DNA of 64,000 bases from an uncultured Desulfatitalea sp. (GTDB taxonomy: Bacteria > Desulfobacterota > Desulfobacteria > Desulfobacterales > Desulfosarcinaceae): positions 1,056,001 to 1,120,000 of the forward strand of contig CAXXMB010000002.1 of NCBI GenBank assembly GCA_963668675.2, in the 5' to 3' direction. Below the pieces are notes generated by a model. That model did no database searches and had not been told where the DNA came from. It saw only the letters and a list, made by a program, of their open reading frames with translations. Below are positions 31,248 to 43,034 of this stretch, in pieces; the stretch's first letter is position 1; the number at the start of each line of letters is the position of its first letter. The position numbers and the translations under genes were made by a program.

Positions 31248-32756
31248 ATGAGGACAAAACAAGACTATATCAAAGGGTTGTCCAAGATGAAGCGCAATAT
31301 CTATTTCGACGGTGAGTTGATCGACCGCACCGACGAGCTTCAGATGGACTGCATCAACACCATCGGCACAACCTACGATGAAGCGGAAAAACCGGAAAAT
31401 CAGGAGCTGATGACCGCCATCTCCCATCTGACCGGAGAGCGCATCAACCGCTTCAACCACATCCACCAAAACACCGACGACCTGCACAAAAAACAGGATA
31501 TGACCCGCATGCTCTGCCAGAAGGTGGGCGGCTGCATCCAGCGCTGTATGGGCATCGACGCCACCAACGCCATATACAACGTCTCCTATGAAGCGGACAA
31601 GACGAACAAAGGCGAGACCCGGTATCACGAAAACTTCAAGAAGTGGCTGACCCGCTTCCAGACCGAGGACTTGATCGGCTGCTGTGCCCAGACCGATACG
31701 AAAGGTGACCGTATGCTACGCCCGGCCGACCAGCCGGTTCCGGGCTCCTATGTCCACATCAAAGAGCGCCTCAAAGACGGCATCGTCGTCGAAGGGTGCA
31801 AGGTCCACATCTCCGAGGCCTCGGTGGCCGACGAGGTGCTGGTGGTCCCCACCCGCGCCCTGCGCAAAGAGGACAAGGACTACGCTGTATCCTTTGCCGT
31901 ACCGGGCGACTGGGAAGGATTGAAACAGGTGGTCACCATCCACAACCTGCGTCCCAGACATCACTATAAACGCGGTTTCGTACAAGGATCCACCGACTCG
32001 TACATGATTTTCGACAACTGTTTCATCCCCTGGGAGCGCGTCTTCCTGGCCGGCGAGAATCAACACGGCGGCGTCCTGGCCCTGCTGTTCGCCCTGTTCC
32101 ATCGCCACTCCTACTCGGGCTGCAAGCCGGCCATCGGCGACGTCATCCTGGGCACCGCTGCCCTGGCCGCCGAGGTGAACAACGTGCACAAAGCGCCCCA
32201 TGTGCGCGAAAAACTGGCCGAAATCATCATGACCACCGAATTGGGCTACGCGGCCGGTTATACGGCATCCGACCTGGGCAAACCCGAAGTGTACGTCCCG
32301 GGCGTGGGCTTCATGCCTTACGGCCCCGGCTCCTACATCCCCCACTCGATCTACTGCAACGTGGGGCGCTGCCTGTCGGGCGAGGCGGTCTACCACGAAG
32401 CCGAAATGCTGTGTGATATTTCCGGCGGCGTCACGGCGACCTTCCCGCACGAAAAAGATTTCGCCAACCCCGAAATCGGAGACACGCTGCTCAAGTACAC
32501 CCAGCGCAATCCCAATATGCCGGTCGAAGATCAAGCCCAATTCTGGCGCTACCTGGGCGACATTCTCTGCTCGGCCAGCGGCGGCATCATGAATGTGGGC
32601 AACTACCACGGCGGCGGATCCCCGGTCATGGAGCAGATTGCCATCACCACCCAGTACGACATCGAATCCCGTAAAAAGCTGGTCAAGTACATTGCCGGGA
32701 TGAGCGACGGAGACCGCGAAGCAATGGCCCCGAAGGTCAAAAAACAAGAGAACTAA
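31248..32756 (+). CDS. 4-hydroxybutyryl-CoA dehydratase / vinylacetyl-CoA isomerase-like FAD/[4Fe-4S] enzyme (HpaB/AbfD family)
   Basis: CIQRC and HRHSYSGC provide the three Cys plus His cluster-ligand pattern of AbfD; AQTDTKGDR, HGGGSP. Confidence 0.85.
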   Translation: MRTKQDYIKGLSKMKRNIYFDGELIDRTDELQMDCINTIGTTYDEAEKPENQELMTAISHLTGERINRFNHIHQNTDDLHKKQDMTRMLCQKVGGCIQRCMGIDATNAIYNVSYEADKTNKGETRYHENFKKWLTRFQTEDLIGCCAQTDTKGDRMLRPADQPVPGSYVHIKERLKDGIVVEGCKVHISEASVADEVLVVPTRALRKEDKDYAVSFAVPGDWEGLKQVVTIHNLRPRHHYKRGFVQGSTDSYMIFDNCFIPWERVFLAGENQHGGVLALLFALFHRHSYSGCKPAIGDVILGTAALAAEVNNVHKAPHVREKLAEIIMTTELGYAAGYTASDLGKPEVYVPGVGFMPYGPGSYIPHSIYCNVGRCLSGEAVYHEAEMLCDISGGVTATFPHEKDFANPEIGDTLLKYTQRNPNMPVEDQAQFWRYLGDILCSASGGIMNVGNYHGGGSPVMEQIAITTQYDIESRKKLVKYIAGMSDGDREAMAPKVKKQEN

Positions 32757-32792
32757 AGCCTGTAGCACGATTCGTTTGCTAAGCTGAAACCC

Positions 32793-32831
32793 ATGTACCC
32801 CTGCCGGTTCCCGGTCAGGGGTACATCCTTT
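32793..32831 (+). terminator. Strong intercistronic hairpin (terminator or mRNA stabiliser)
   Basis: ATGTACCCCTG-CCGG-ttc-CCGG-t-CAGGGGTACAT followed by CCTTT. Confidence 0.55.
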
Positions 32832-32893
32832 GCTGCCGCAAGCCATTCGGGCAGCTTATACCGGACAACTGAAAACCACAGGAGAACAGGCAG

Positions 32894-33697
32894 ATGAGCC
32901 AGAACAGCAACGGCCGCCTGAAAGGCAAAGTGGCCATCATCACCGGTGCTGCCAGCGGCATCGGCCGGGCGGCAGCCGTCCTCTTCGCCCGTGAGGGCGC
33001 CTCCCTGGTATTGGCGGACATGCAGGAAGATAAGTTGGAAGAGACCCTGGCAATGGTCAAAAGCGACGGCGGCCAAGGCGTGGCCCGCAAAACCAATGTG
33101 GCCGTGGAAGAGGAGGTCAAGGGGTTGGTCGACCTCGCCGTCGAGACCTTCGGCCGCATCGATATTGTCTGCAACAATGCAGGCATCACCGGTCAGTACA
33201 CCGGCCCCGAAGAGTGGGATGGCGAAGATTGGCAAAGTGTCTATGCCGTCAACGTGCTCGGTGGGGTGTACATGATCAAACACGCCACCAAACATCTGAT
33301 CGAAAGCAAAAACGGCGCGATTGTGAACACGGCCTCAGTGGCCGGCATCCGCTCGGGTGCCGGTGGCAACGCTTACAGCGCCAGCAAAGCGGCCCTGATC
33401 AATTTCACCAAGACAGCAGCCTGCGACCTGGGAGGATTCAACGTACGCGTCAACGCGGTCTGTCCGGGACTGATCGAAACCGGCATGACCAAACCGGTCT
33501 TCGACTATGCCCGGGACAAAGGCAAGGAGAGCAAGCTGGGCAGCCGCTGCGAACTGCGCCGCTACGGCCGCCCCGAAGAGGTGGCCCAGGCGATCCTCTT
33601 TCTGGCCAGCGACGAGGCCAGCTATATCACCGGCCAGGCCATTCCGGTGGATGGCGGCAACACCGCTTCACTGAATCTGCCGGGGATGAAGGTTTAA
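32894..33697 (+). CDS. Short-chain dehydrogenase/reductase
   Basis: TGAASGIG, NNAG, YSASK catalytic motif, VNAVCPG. Confidence 0.95.
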   Translation: MSQNSNGRLKGKVAIITGAASGIGRAAAVLFAREGASLVLADMQEDKLEETLAMVKSDGGQGVARKTNVAVEEEVKGLVDLAVETFGRIDIVCNNAGITGQYTGPEEWDGEDWQSVYAVNVLGGVYMIKHATKHLIESKNGAIVNTASVAGIRSGAGGNAYSASKAALINFTKTAACDLGGFNVRVNAVCPGLIETGMTKPVFDYARDKGKESKLGSRCELRRYGRPEEVAQAILFLASDEASYITGQAIPVDGGNTASLNLPGMKV

Positions 33698-33714
33698 AAA
33701 AGGGGGGGCACATC

Positions 33715-34806
33715 ATGACGACAGCCATTTACCAGCGTTTGCGCGAACAACTGGACCAATACTCGGTCGGCTTTCCGGCAACGAAATCCGGCATTGAGTT
33801 CAAAATTTTACAGCGGCTCTTCACCGAAGATGAAGCCGCCATGTACCTGGATATGACCATGATGCTCGAGGCGCCCGATGCCGTGGCGACCCGCACGGGA
33901 AGGGATGCCGGCGAAGTCTCGGCGCTGCTCGAACAGATGGCCGCCAAAGGGCTGATATTTAGGAAGCGCAAAGGGGACGCGGTCCGCTATGCGGCCGTTG
34001 CATTTGTCATCGGCTCCTATGAGTTTCAGTTGAAGAACATGGATCGCGAACTGGCTGAAATGATGGAAGCCTACCTGGAAGAGGGGTTGCTCGACTTCAC
34101 TCCTGGTAAAAATATTTTGCCGTTGAGAACCATTCCCGTACAGCAATCCATTGAGGTCTCCCATCCCGTGGCGCCCTATTCCCAGGCAAGGGAGATTATC
34201 AAGACCAAAGAGACCATCGCCCTCACCGACTGCATCTGCCGTGTCCAGCAGGAGCTGATCGGCAAGGGATGCGGAAAGCCCAAGGAGGTGTGTCTCTCCT
34301 TCGGCTCCCATGCGGACTACTACGTGGAGAACAAATTGGGCCGCTACATCAACCAGGAGGAGGCCCTGGCCGTACTGGATGCATGCGAGGCGGCCGGTCT
34401 GGTCAACCAACCGGCCAACATGATCAATCCGGGGGGCATGTGCAACTGTTGTGGCGACTGCTGCGGTGTGCTGCGATCGCTCAACAAGCTGCCCAAACCG
34501 GCCGAGGCGGTGTTCAACGACTACTGGGCAAAGGTGGACGCCGAGCTGTGCACCGCCTGTGAGACATGCATGGATCGCTGCCAGATGGCGGCAATCGATA
34601 TCGAGGAGGATAGCGCCGTGGTCAACGAGGAGCGCTGCATCGGATGCGGTCTTTGCGTGACGACCTGCCCGACCGAAGCGATTCATCTGGAGCTCAAACC
34701 CGAAGAGAAGCACGCCAAACCGCCGGCCAGCGGAAGAAAGTTGATGACAAGGACAGCCAAACTCAGGGGGACATCGCTCATACCGTTGTCCATGCTCGAA
34801 AAGTAA
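33715..34806 (+). CDS. 4Fe-4S ferredoxin-domain protein with N-terminal helical domain
   Basis: CICR, CNCCGDCC, two CxxCxxCxxxC ferredoxin motifs; ATG 33715 after a G-rich RBS. Confidence 0.85.
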   Translation: MTTAIYQRLREQLDQYSVGFPATKSGIEFKILQRLFTEDEAAMYLDMTMMLEAPDAVATRTGRDAGEVSALLEQMAAKGLIFRKRKGDAVRYAAVAFVIGSYEFQLKNMDRELAEMMEAYLEEGLLDFTPGKNILPLRTIPVQQSIEVSHPVAPYSQAREIIKTKETIALTDCICRVQQELIGKGCGKPKEVCLSFGSHADYYVENKLGRYINQEEALAVLDACEAAGLVNQPANMINPGGMCNCCGDCCGVLRSLNKLPKPAEAVFNDYWAKVDAELCTACETCMDRCQMAAIDIEEDSAVVNEERCIGCGLCVTTCPTEAIHLELKPEEKHAKPPASGRKLMTRTAKLRGTSLIPLSMLEK

Positions 34807-35105
34807 GTGATAGGGAGACTGTCGTGACGGTGCACCTTTACAGGGACCGCCCTTGAGGATGGCGCTCGAAAGTTGCATTTCTGCACCAAATAGCGTATCT
34901 CACAGGGTGCGAAAAAATGATCGGCCGCATCCCAACCTGGCCATTCGGTTCACGGCCAGGCCAAACAAGAATTCCAAATAACGTACCTTTAATATAGCGA
35001 ACCATGGTGGACTTTTGCGATCTTTGAACAAACAAAGAAGGCCCGTATCGGACTGAGCAGGAGTCACTGATACTACCCTACGGCATTAAAGGAGACACAA
35101 GAGAA

Positions 35106-36773
35106 ATGGAATCGAAATTGTGGCACAAAAACTATGATTTTAGCACCCCCACGTCAATTCGTTACCCGCGGATCCCTGTCAACGAGTTGGTCAATCTGGC
35201 ATCCAACGCGTTACCGAACAAGGCTGCCTTCAACATATACGGGTCAGAGATGACCTTCTGGGAAGTCCGCCTGGAAGTGATGCGCATGGCCAACGCCCTG
35301 GCCAAGCTTGGCATCAAAAAAGGTGATCGTGTCGCCGTTCATCTGCCCAATTGCCCCCAATATGCCGTAGCCTACTATGCCATCATGTCTCTTGGCGCCA
35401 TCGTGGTCAATCTCAACCCCATGTATACCGCCGAAGAGCTCATTGCTATCAACAACAACACCGGCACCACTGCAATTTTTACCTTCGACATGGTGCTGCC
35501 CAACATCAAGGCGCTGGCTGAAGGTACCGATATCAAAGAGTTCATCGTTACGCGGGTCACCGACTACATTGAAGGCTTTGGTGTCAGTACCGCCAAGGAT
35601 CTGGAGCTGCCCGAAGGATGGCATCACTTCTCCGAACTCCTGGCAAGCTCCACGGATACAAGACCCCAGCGGATCGACATCGACCCTGACCTGCCGGCCT
35701 TAATTCAGTTTACCGGCGGAACCACTGGAATTCCCAAAGGGGCCATACTAACCCATGGCAACATCATCGCCGCCACCGTTCAGGTCAACTCGTGGGGCGA
35801 CTTTCTTAACGACAAGACACCGCCGCAAGAGCGCAGCGTACTGGCCATGCTCCCCTTTTTCCATGTCTACGGCGATATCGTCGTCTTGAACTGGGGCATG
35901 TTCAACTGCGCCACCCAGATTCTGGTGCCGCGCTTCGATATCGAAGAGATCGTTAATCTTCTGGCCGGCATCGATCGCATCCAGTTCTACCCGGCTGTCC
36001 CCACCATGATCGGCGCCATCCTAAATCACCCCAAGGCTGAAGAGCTCGAGCTGGGCAAAAAGTTCGGGCTGGTCAATAGCGGCGGTGCCCCCTGTCCATT
36101 GAGTCTGATCGAGCGGGCCAGGGATCTGGGCATCAACATCAGCGAAGGGTGGGGCATGAGCGAGACCACCTCAGTTGGCGTGGCCAATCCCAACATGGGC
36201 CTCAAGAAGAAAGGCAGCATCGGGGTTCCCATCTCGGACACCGACATCAAACTAGTTGACCCCGAAGACGGCGTCACCGAGGTCAAACAGGGCGAACCCG
36301 GAGAGCTGATCATCAAAGGCCCCCAGGTGATGCAGGGTTACTGGAACAATCCCGAAGAGACGGCCAACCAACTCAAAGACGGCTGGCTCTACAGCGGTGA
36401 CGTGGCGGTACAGGACGAAGACGGATATCTGTTCATCGTCGACCGTACCAAGGACATGATCATCGCCAGCGGCTACAACATCTACCCGCGTGAGATTGAC
36501 GAGGTGCTCTATCGCCATCCCAAAGTAGCCGAAGCTGTGGCTGTTGGTGTGACGGACGACTACCGCGGTGAGACGATCAAGGTGTTTGTCTCCCTCAAAC
36601 CGGGCCAGACTGCAACGGAAGAGGAGATCATCGAGTTCTGCAAGGACAAGCTGGCACCCTACAAACGGCCCAAGCTGGTGGAATTCAGGGATGAAATTCC
36701 CAAATCAGCCGTCGGCAAGGTGTTGCGCAAGGTACTGCGTGCCGAAGAGGAAGAGAAAAGGAAGAAGAGCTAA
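35106..36773 (+). CDS. Long-chain fatty acid--CoA ligase
   Basis: FTGGTTGIPKG, EGWGMSET, GWLYSGD, DRTKDMII, PKSAVGK; AAGGAG RBS. Confidence 0.95.
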   Translation: MESKLWHKNYDFSTPTSIRYPRIPVNELVNLASNALPNKAAFNIYGSEMTFWEVRLEVMRMANALAKLGIKKGDRVAVHLPNCPQYAVAYYAIMSLGAIVVNLNPMYTAEELIAINNNTGTTAIFTFDMVLPNIKALAEGTDIKEFIVTRVTDYIEGFGVSTAKDLELPEGWHHFSELLASSTDTRPQRIDIDPDLPALIQFTGGTTGIPKGAILTHGNIIAATVQVNSWGDFLNDKTPPQERSVLAMLPFFHVYGDIVVLNWGMFNCATQILVPRFDIEEIVNLLAGIDRIQFYPAVPTMIGAILNHPKAEELELGKKFGLVNSGGAPCPLSLIERARDLGINISEGWGMSETTSVGVANPNMGLKKKGSIGVPISDTDIKLVDPEDGVTEVKQGEPGELIIKGPQVMQGYWNNPEETANQLKDGWLYSGDVAVQDEDGYLFIVDRTKDMIIASGYNIYPREIDEVLYRHPKVAEAVAVGVTDDYRGETIKVFVSLKPGQTATEEEIIEFCKDKLAPYKRPKLVEFRDEIPKSAVGKVLRKVLRAEEEEKRKKS

Positions 36774-36864
36774 TAAATTGGTGATAGGTAAGATGTTAAC
36801 CTTGGCAGTCCCATTTAGACATAGTTGGAACGAGTTCTAACGACATCATTTAAAGGAGAAAAAC

Positions 36865-38073
<1,209 letters not shown>

Positions 38074-38111
38074 GCGAGCAGTATCGCTATATTGATGCAT
38101 TGAGGTATTCG

Positions 38112-38146
38112 GGCCCTCTCCTTTATTGGGGAGGGCCTTTGTTTTT
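38112..38146 (+). terminator. Rho-independent terminator after thiolase
   Basis: GGCCCTCTCC-tttatt-GGGGAGGGCC followed by TTTGTTTTT. Confidence 0.8.
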
Positions 38147-38259
38147 GGTAGATAGCACCGTTAGGGATCAAACGGCCATTTGACTTCATTCCCATTTTTC
38201 ATCTATCCTGCCGCAAGGTCAATCACGCTGCGTCAACTATCACTGCTGAAACGAAACGC

Positions 38260-40764
38260 ATGCCACCACCATTGAACAGCCAAACCGGCGTCATTACCGA
38301 AACCCTGCGCGGGATTGTGGATCGGGTCACCTTCCACAATCCGGATAACGGGTGGTCTGTGTTGCGGGTCACGCCCTTCGACAACCCCAACCAGCAGGAG
38401 ACGGTCATCGTTCACCAGACCAAAGTCTTCGCCGGGGCCACCATGACATTTCACGGCGCCTGGACCATGCATCCCAGGCACGGCCGGCAGTTCCAGGCCA
38501 GCAAAGCAATCGAGCGCAAGCCGGCCACCACCGCAGCGCTTGAAAAGTACCTCGGTTCCGGGCTGATCCGGGGCGTCGGCCCCAAGACGGCCCGCAAAAT
38601 CGTCAAACACTTTAAAGAGAACACCCTCCTCGTTTTCGAAGGCGATATTGCGCGGCTCACCGAAGTACCGGGCATCGCCCAGAAGAAGTTGGAGATGATC
38701 AGCGCGGCCTGGGCCGAACACCGCGCCATTCGCGAAGTGATGATGTTCCTACAGTCCCACGGCATCAGCACACTCTTCGCCGTACGGATATACAAGGCCT
38801 ATGGAGACGAAGCGGTTGCCATGGTGAGTGAAGACCCCTACCGTCTGGCGACGGACTTCTACGGCATCGGCTTCTTCTCGGCCGACAAGGTAGCGCTGAG
38901 CATCGGCCTGGCCGTCGACAGCCCCCAGCGCATCGAGGCCGGCATCAAACATGTGCTGGCCGCCAGCCGGCAGTTCGGCCACTGCTACCTGACGCAATCC
39001 CAGATCAACCAACAGGTCGATGAATTGCTGGGATTGGCGCTGGCCGACCGGCTTCCGGCACTGCTCGACCAGATGGTGGCCGAGGGACTCGTCATGGCGC
39101 GCCGCCTGCTGACCGCCGAAGAGAGGGTCGAGCTGTGCTACTATGCCCGCTCTCTCTACTATGACGAGCTCTATACCGCCCGCAAAATCAGCGACATGCA
39201 GGGCACGGTTCCGGTGGATACCAAACGGGTCCTGAGCTGGATCGCCCGCTACTGCCAAGCGTCCGGGATGCATTTGAGCGATGACCAGGCCGCCGCCATC
39301 AACGGCATCGTGACCCAACGTTTCTCGGTCCTGACCGGTGGCCCGGGAGTGGGCAAGACCACTGCCACCCGCGTGCTGGTCAAGCTGATCGAGGCGATGC
39401 AGCGAAAGGTGCTGCTGGCCGCGCCTACTGGCCGGGCAGCCCAGCGTATGACCGACGTCATCGGATTGGAGGCCAAGACCATTCATCGCCTGCTGGAGTG
39501 GCAGGTCGACCGGTTCAAGAGAGACGAAGAGACGCCTCTCGAGGCCGACTTTCTCGTCGTGGACGAGTGCTCCATGCTGGATATCAGCCTCACGGCCTCG
39601 CTGCTCAAGGCGGTTCCGATGCACTGCCAGCTCCTGTTCATCGGCGATGTGGATCAGCTGCCTTCTGTGGGGGCCGGCAACGTGCTCAAGGATGTGATCG
39701 CTTCGGGCCGGGTGCCGTGCTTCCGGTTGAGCCAGATCTTCCGACAAGCCGAGCAGTCGATGATTGTCCGCTACGCCCATCAGGTCAACCTGGGCGATCT
39801 GCCCCATATCGACTCCCCCTTCAGGAGGCCGGATATCTGGCAGATGAACGAGGACTGTCTCTTTGTGGACTCGGATGAGGCCACCCGGGAGCAACTCGGC
39901 TTCATCGCCAAAGTCCGCCGCTTTTACGACCTGAAAACAGCAGCAAAGGCGGCAGAAGAGGAGGCCGGCGGCGATCTGTTTGAATTCCGCGTCGGCGAAC
40001 CGGTCGTTCCCTACGAAACCGAGCTGAACATTCCCGAAAAGTTCCGGCACGTCGACCCGGAGCAGATCTGCCGGGCCGGCAACCGGGTGGAAGAGCTGCT
40101 GGCAGTCGTCAAAAAAGTACACCCGTGGTCCTCCCTGCACTACGGGCTCTCCGCCCCAGAGGTGGTCCAAAAACTCTACCTGGAGTGGATTCCCAAATAC
40201 TTCGGGAGCGATCGCGAGATCCAGATCCTGTCTCCCATGACCCGGGGCAGTTTAGGCACCCTCTCCCTGAACGCCATGATCCAGGCTTCGGCCAACCCGG
40301 AGAGAGAAGGCAAACGACAGCTCAAGGTGGGCGAACGCATCTTTCGCGAAGGCGACCGGGTGATCCATCGTCGCAACAATTACGATCTGGGCGTCTTCAA
40401 CGGAGACATCGGCACCATCCGCCAAATCGACAACGACGCCCTCACCTGCACTGTCTTCTTCCCCCAGGACGAACGCCAGGTGTTCTACGAGCGCGACGAC
40501 ATCGTCGAATTGGACCTGGCCTACGCTATTACCATCCATAAATCCCAAGGCAGCGAGTTCGAAACGGTCATCATCCCGGTGCTCACCCAGCACTTCAAAA
40601 TGCTGTTCAGAAATCTTCTCTACACCGGCCTCACCCGGGCCCGCAAACTGGCCGTCCTGGTCGGCACCCGCAAGGCGCTCGCCATGGCCGTGAAGAACCA
40701 GGACACCAGCCAGCGCCAGACGGCGTTAAGGCAGCTGCTGATCGAGAGCGAAGAAGTAAAGTAA
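38260..40764 (+). CDS. recD2: ATP-dependent RecD2-like SF1B DNA helicase
   Basis: N-terminal HhH (GVGPKTA), GGPGVGKT, APTGRAA, VVDECSM, GDVDQLPSVG, IFRQ, AYAITIHKSQGSEF, YTGLTRA. Confidence 0.93.
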   Translation: MPPPLNSQTGVITETLRGIVDRVTFHNPDNGWSVLRVTPFDNPNQQETVIVHQTKVFAGATMTFHGAWTMHPRHGRQFQASKAIERKPATTAALEKYLGSGLIRGVGPKTARKIVKHFKENTLLVFEGDIARLTEVPGIAQKKLEMISAAWAEHRAIREVMMFLQSHGISTLFAVRIYKAYGDEAVAMVSEDPYRLATDFYGIGFFSADKVALSIGLAVDSPQRIEAGIKHVLAASRQFGHCYLTQSQINQQVDELLGLALADRLPALLDQMVAEGLVMARRLLTAEERVELCYYARSLYYDELYTARKISDMQGTVPVDTKRVLSWIARYCQASGMHLSDDQAAAINGIVTQRFSVLTGGPGVGKTTATRVLVKLIEAMQRKVLLAAPTGRAAQRMTDVIGLEAKTIHRLLEWQVDRFKRDEETPLEADFLVVDECSMLDISLTASLLKAVPMHCQLLFIGDVDQLPSVGAGNVLKDVIASGRVPCFRLSQIFRQAEQSMIVRYAHQVNLGDLPHIDSPFRRPDIWQMNEDCLFVDSDEATREQLGFIAKVRRFYDLKTAAKAAEEEAGGDLFEFRVGEPVVPYETELNIPEKFRHVDPEQICRAGNRVEELLAVVKKVHPWSSLHYGLSAPEVVQKLYLEWIPKYFGSDREIQILSPMTRGSLGTLSLNAMIQASANPEREGKRQLKVGERIFREGDRVIHRRNNYDLGVFNGDIGTIRQIDNDALTCTVFFPQDERQVFYERDDIVELDLAYAITIHKSQGSEFETVIIPVLTQHFKMLFRNLLYTGLTRARKLAVLVGTRKALAMAVKNQDTSQRQTALRQLLIESEEVK

Positions 40765-40882
40765 GCAGATGAAACGAGCCCCCCTTTTAAAAAGGAGGGA
40801 AATGGTTTTTTTTGCCAACGCACCCGGGCGCGTCGACATACACAACCGCTGTGTCTCCCCAGATCGCTCTGTGGCAAAAAAG

Positions 40883-42076
40883 TTACGTCCTGGCCGTCAG
40901 GTGGGCCACGGCCTTCTCCAGCCCGTCGATGGTCAGTTCGAACATGGGAAAGATCTGCTCGATGATGTTGATGGTGCGGGTGTAGGGCCAACGCGCCTTA
41001 CGCACAGGATTGAGCCAGACCGAGTGCCGAAAGGTCTTGGAGAGAAGCTGGAGGCAGTCGACGCTCGGCCGGCCGCTGCGGTTGGTAATGTAGATCGATC
41101 CGTCCTGGGCCATGAGTTCGTAAGGCGCCATGCTGGCATCGCCCACATAGATGATGCGGGTCTCGGGATCGCGGCGCATCAAGTCGTCGATCTTGACCGG
41201 CTTCTTATAGCGCGCGGGATCCTCCCACACGGTATCGTAGATGGTGTTGTGAAAGAAGCAGGTCCTGAGCTCCTTGAACTGGGCCCTGGCGTAGTTGAAA
41301 AGGGTCTGCACCAAGGGGATATAGGGGTCCATGGACCAACCGCCGTTGTCGATGGCCAGAATCACCTTGAGGCGGTCCTTGAGGCTGCTGTCGAAGATGA
41401 TCTCGATCTCGCCGGCGTTCTTCATGGTCTGGTAGATGGTCTTGTCGATATTGACCTGGTCTTTGGGGCCGGACGGCACCAGGTGGCGCAAGCGCTTTAG
41501 GGCCTCTCCCATCATGGCGGAGGTAAGCGGCCCCTCTAGCGAGTAATCCTTGTAGCGGCGCTCCATGGCCACCTTGACGGCCGACTTGTTGCGCGATACC
41601 CCGCCCACACGCATGCCGCCGGGATGGTGACCGGAGTGGCCCACCGGCGACGTGCCCCCAGTGCCGATCCATTTGTTGCCGCCGTCGTGGCGTTCGGTCT
41701 GATCCTTGAGCCGCTCCTTGAAGTATTCGATCAGCTCTTCTGGCGAGAGCTTCTTCAGCTCCTCTTCGTCGACGCCCAGGGCATCGGCCATCTCCTTGGG
41801 GTTCTGCAGCCACTGTTCGAGCAGGGAGCGGGCCAGCTCATCAAGTTCCAACCCTTCGAGATCGGGCAGGGCCACCCCTTCGAAGTGGTGGGCAAACACC
41901 TGATCATACAGATCGAAGTAGCGTTCACTTTTAACCAGGATGGATCGGGAGACGGTGTAGAAATCTTCCAGTGAACTCACCAGGCCGCTGCCGAGCGCCT
42001 TTTGCAGCGTCAGAAAGGCGGTTGGCGAAACGGGCACGCCATGGTCCTTGAGTTGATAGAAGAAGTCGATGAACAT
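40883..42076 (-). CDS. VWA-domain protein (CoxE-like, partner of MoxR ATPase)
   Basis: GGNKWIGTGGTSP, DNGGWSM MIDAS-like motif, VGDASMAPYEL, WLNP. Confidence 0.88.
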   Translation of the reverse strand: MFIDFFYQLKDHGVPVSPTAFLTLQKALGSGLVSSLEDFYTVSRSILVKSERYFDLYDQVFAHHFEGVALPDLEGLELDELARSLLEQWLQNPKEMADALGVDEEELKKLSPEELIEYFKERLKDQTERHDGGNKWIGTGGTSPVGHSGHHPGGMRVGGVSRNKSAVKVAMERRYKDYSLEGPLTSAMMGEALKRLRHLVPSGPKDQVNIDKTIYQTMKNAGEIEIIFDSSLKDRLKVILAIDNGGWSMDPYIPLVQTLFNYARAQFKELRTCFFHNTIYDTVWEDPARYKKPVKIDDLMRRDPETRIIYVGDASMAPYELMAQDGSIYITNRSGRPSVDCLQLLSKTFRHSVWLNPVRKARWPYTRTINIIEQIFPMFELTIDGLEKAVAHLTART

Positions 42077-42081
42077 GTCGT

Positions 42082-42924
42082 CTAATACCTCGCCCGGCGA
42101 TGGGTGGCCCGGCTGGCCATTTCAAAATCCTGGCTCTTTTTGAAGAGCACCCCCAGGAAGGGCAGTTCGTTCTTGATCAGACGCTTGGGCTTGAAATCGG
42201 GATCGCTCTGCAGGGCCCGGATCCAGTTGATCAGCTCACGGGTGGCCGGCCGCTTCTCGACCCCGTCGATCTGGCGCAGACGGTAGAAGGCATCGATGGC
42301 ATTGTCGACCAGGTCGTCGTTCAAGGAGGGGAAATGGACATCGATGATCTTGCGCATCATCTTCGGGTCGGGAAATGCAATGTGATGAAAATTGCAGCGG
42401 CCCAGGAACGGATCGGACAGGTCTTTCTTGGCATTGGAGGTGATGATGATCACCGGCCGGTGCTTGGCCTGTATGGTCTTGTCGATCTCGATGATGTCGA
42501 ACTCCATCTGGTCGAGCACGTCGAGCATGTCGTCCTGAAAGTCCGTGTCGGCTTTGTCGATTTCGTCGATGAGCAGCACAGTGCGGTTGTCTGCTGCGAA
42601 GGCCTGTCCGATCTTGCCCATTTTGATGTAGGCTTCTATGTCGCTGACGTCGCGGTTGGAGTCTCCGAAGCGGCTGTCGTTCAGACGGGTCAAGGTATCG
42701 TACTGATAGAGCGCCTCGACCAGTTTCATGCTCGATTTAACATTTAGGATCAACAGAGGCATTCCCAGGCTCTCGGAGATGGCGTGAGCCAGCATGGTCT
42801 TTCCGGTTCCCGGCTCGCCTTTGAGCAGCAGGGGCATCTCCAGGGCCATGGAGACATTGACGATCTGCGCCAGCTCAGAATCCAGAACGTAGCGGGAGGC
42901 ACCGCTGAATTGTTGTCCGCTCAT
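42082..42924 (-). CDS. MoxR family AAA+ ATPase (CoxD-like)
   Basis: GEPGTGKT, LYQYD, LLIDEIDKAD, IITSN, KRPATREL. Confidence 0.92.
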   Translation of the reverse strand: MSGQQFSGASRYVLDSELAQIVNVSMALEMPLLLKGEPGTGKTMLAHAISESLGMPLLILNVKSSMKLVEALYQYDTLTRLNDSRFGDSNRDVSDIEAYIKMGKIGQAFAADNRTVLLIDEIDKADTDFQDDMLDVLDQMEFDIIEIDKTIQAKHRPVIIITSNAKKDLSDPFLGRCNFHHIAFPDPKMMRKIIDVHFPSLNDDLVDNAIDAFYRLRQIDGVEKRPATRELINWIRALQSDPDFKPKRLIKNELPFLGVLFKKSQDFEMASRATHRRARY

Positions 42925-42950
42925 AAGTCGTGTTCCTTTGTTTCATAAAA

Positions 42951-42988
42951 AAGTTGGAAGTATGAAAGTTAAAAGTTGAAAGTGAAGG
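42951..42988. repeat. Degenerate heptamer tandem repeat (AAGTTGA-like)
   Basis: AAGTTGG AAGTATG A AAGTTAA AAGTTGA AAGTGAA; similar reverse-complement runs near 2103-2125 and 3859-3882. Confidence 0.45.
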
Positions 42989-43034
42989 AGTGCTGTCATC
43001 TCTATTTGCACTTAAAGCTCCCAGTCATCCCGGA

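Noticed and set aside
33214..33714. N-terminal extension of the Fe-S protein ORF
   Set aside because: Overlaps the SDR gene out of frame; ATG 33715 has an RBS
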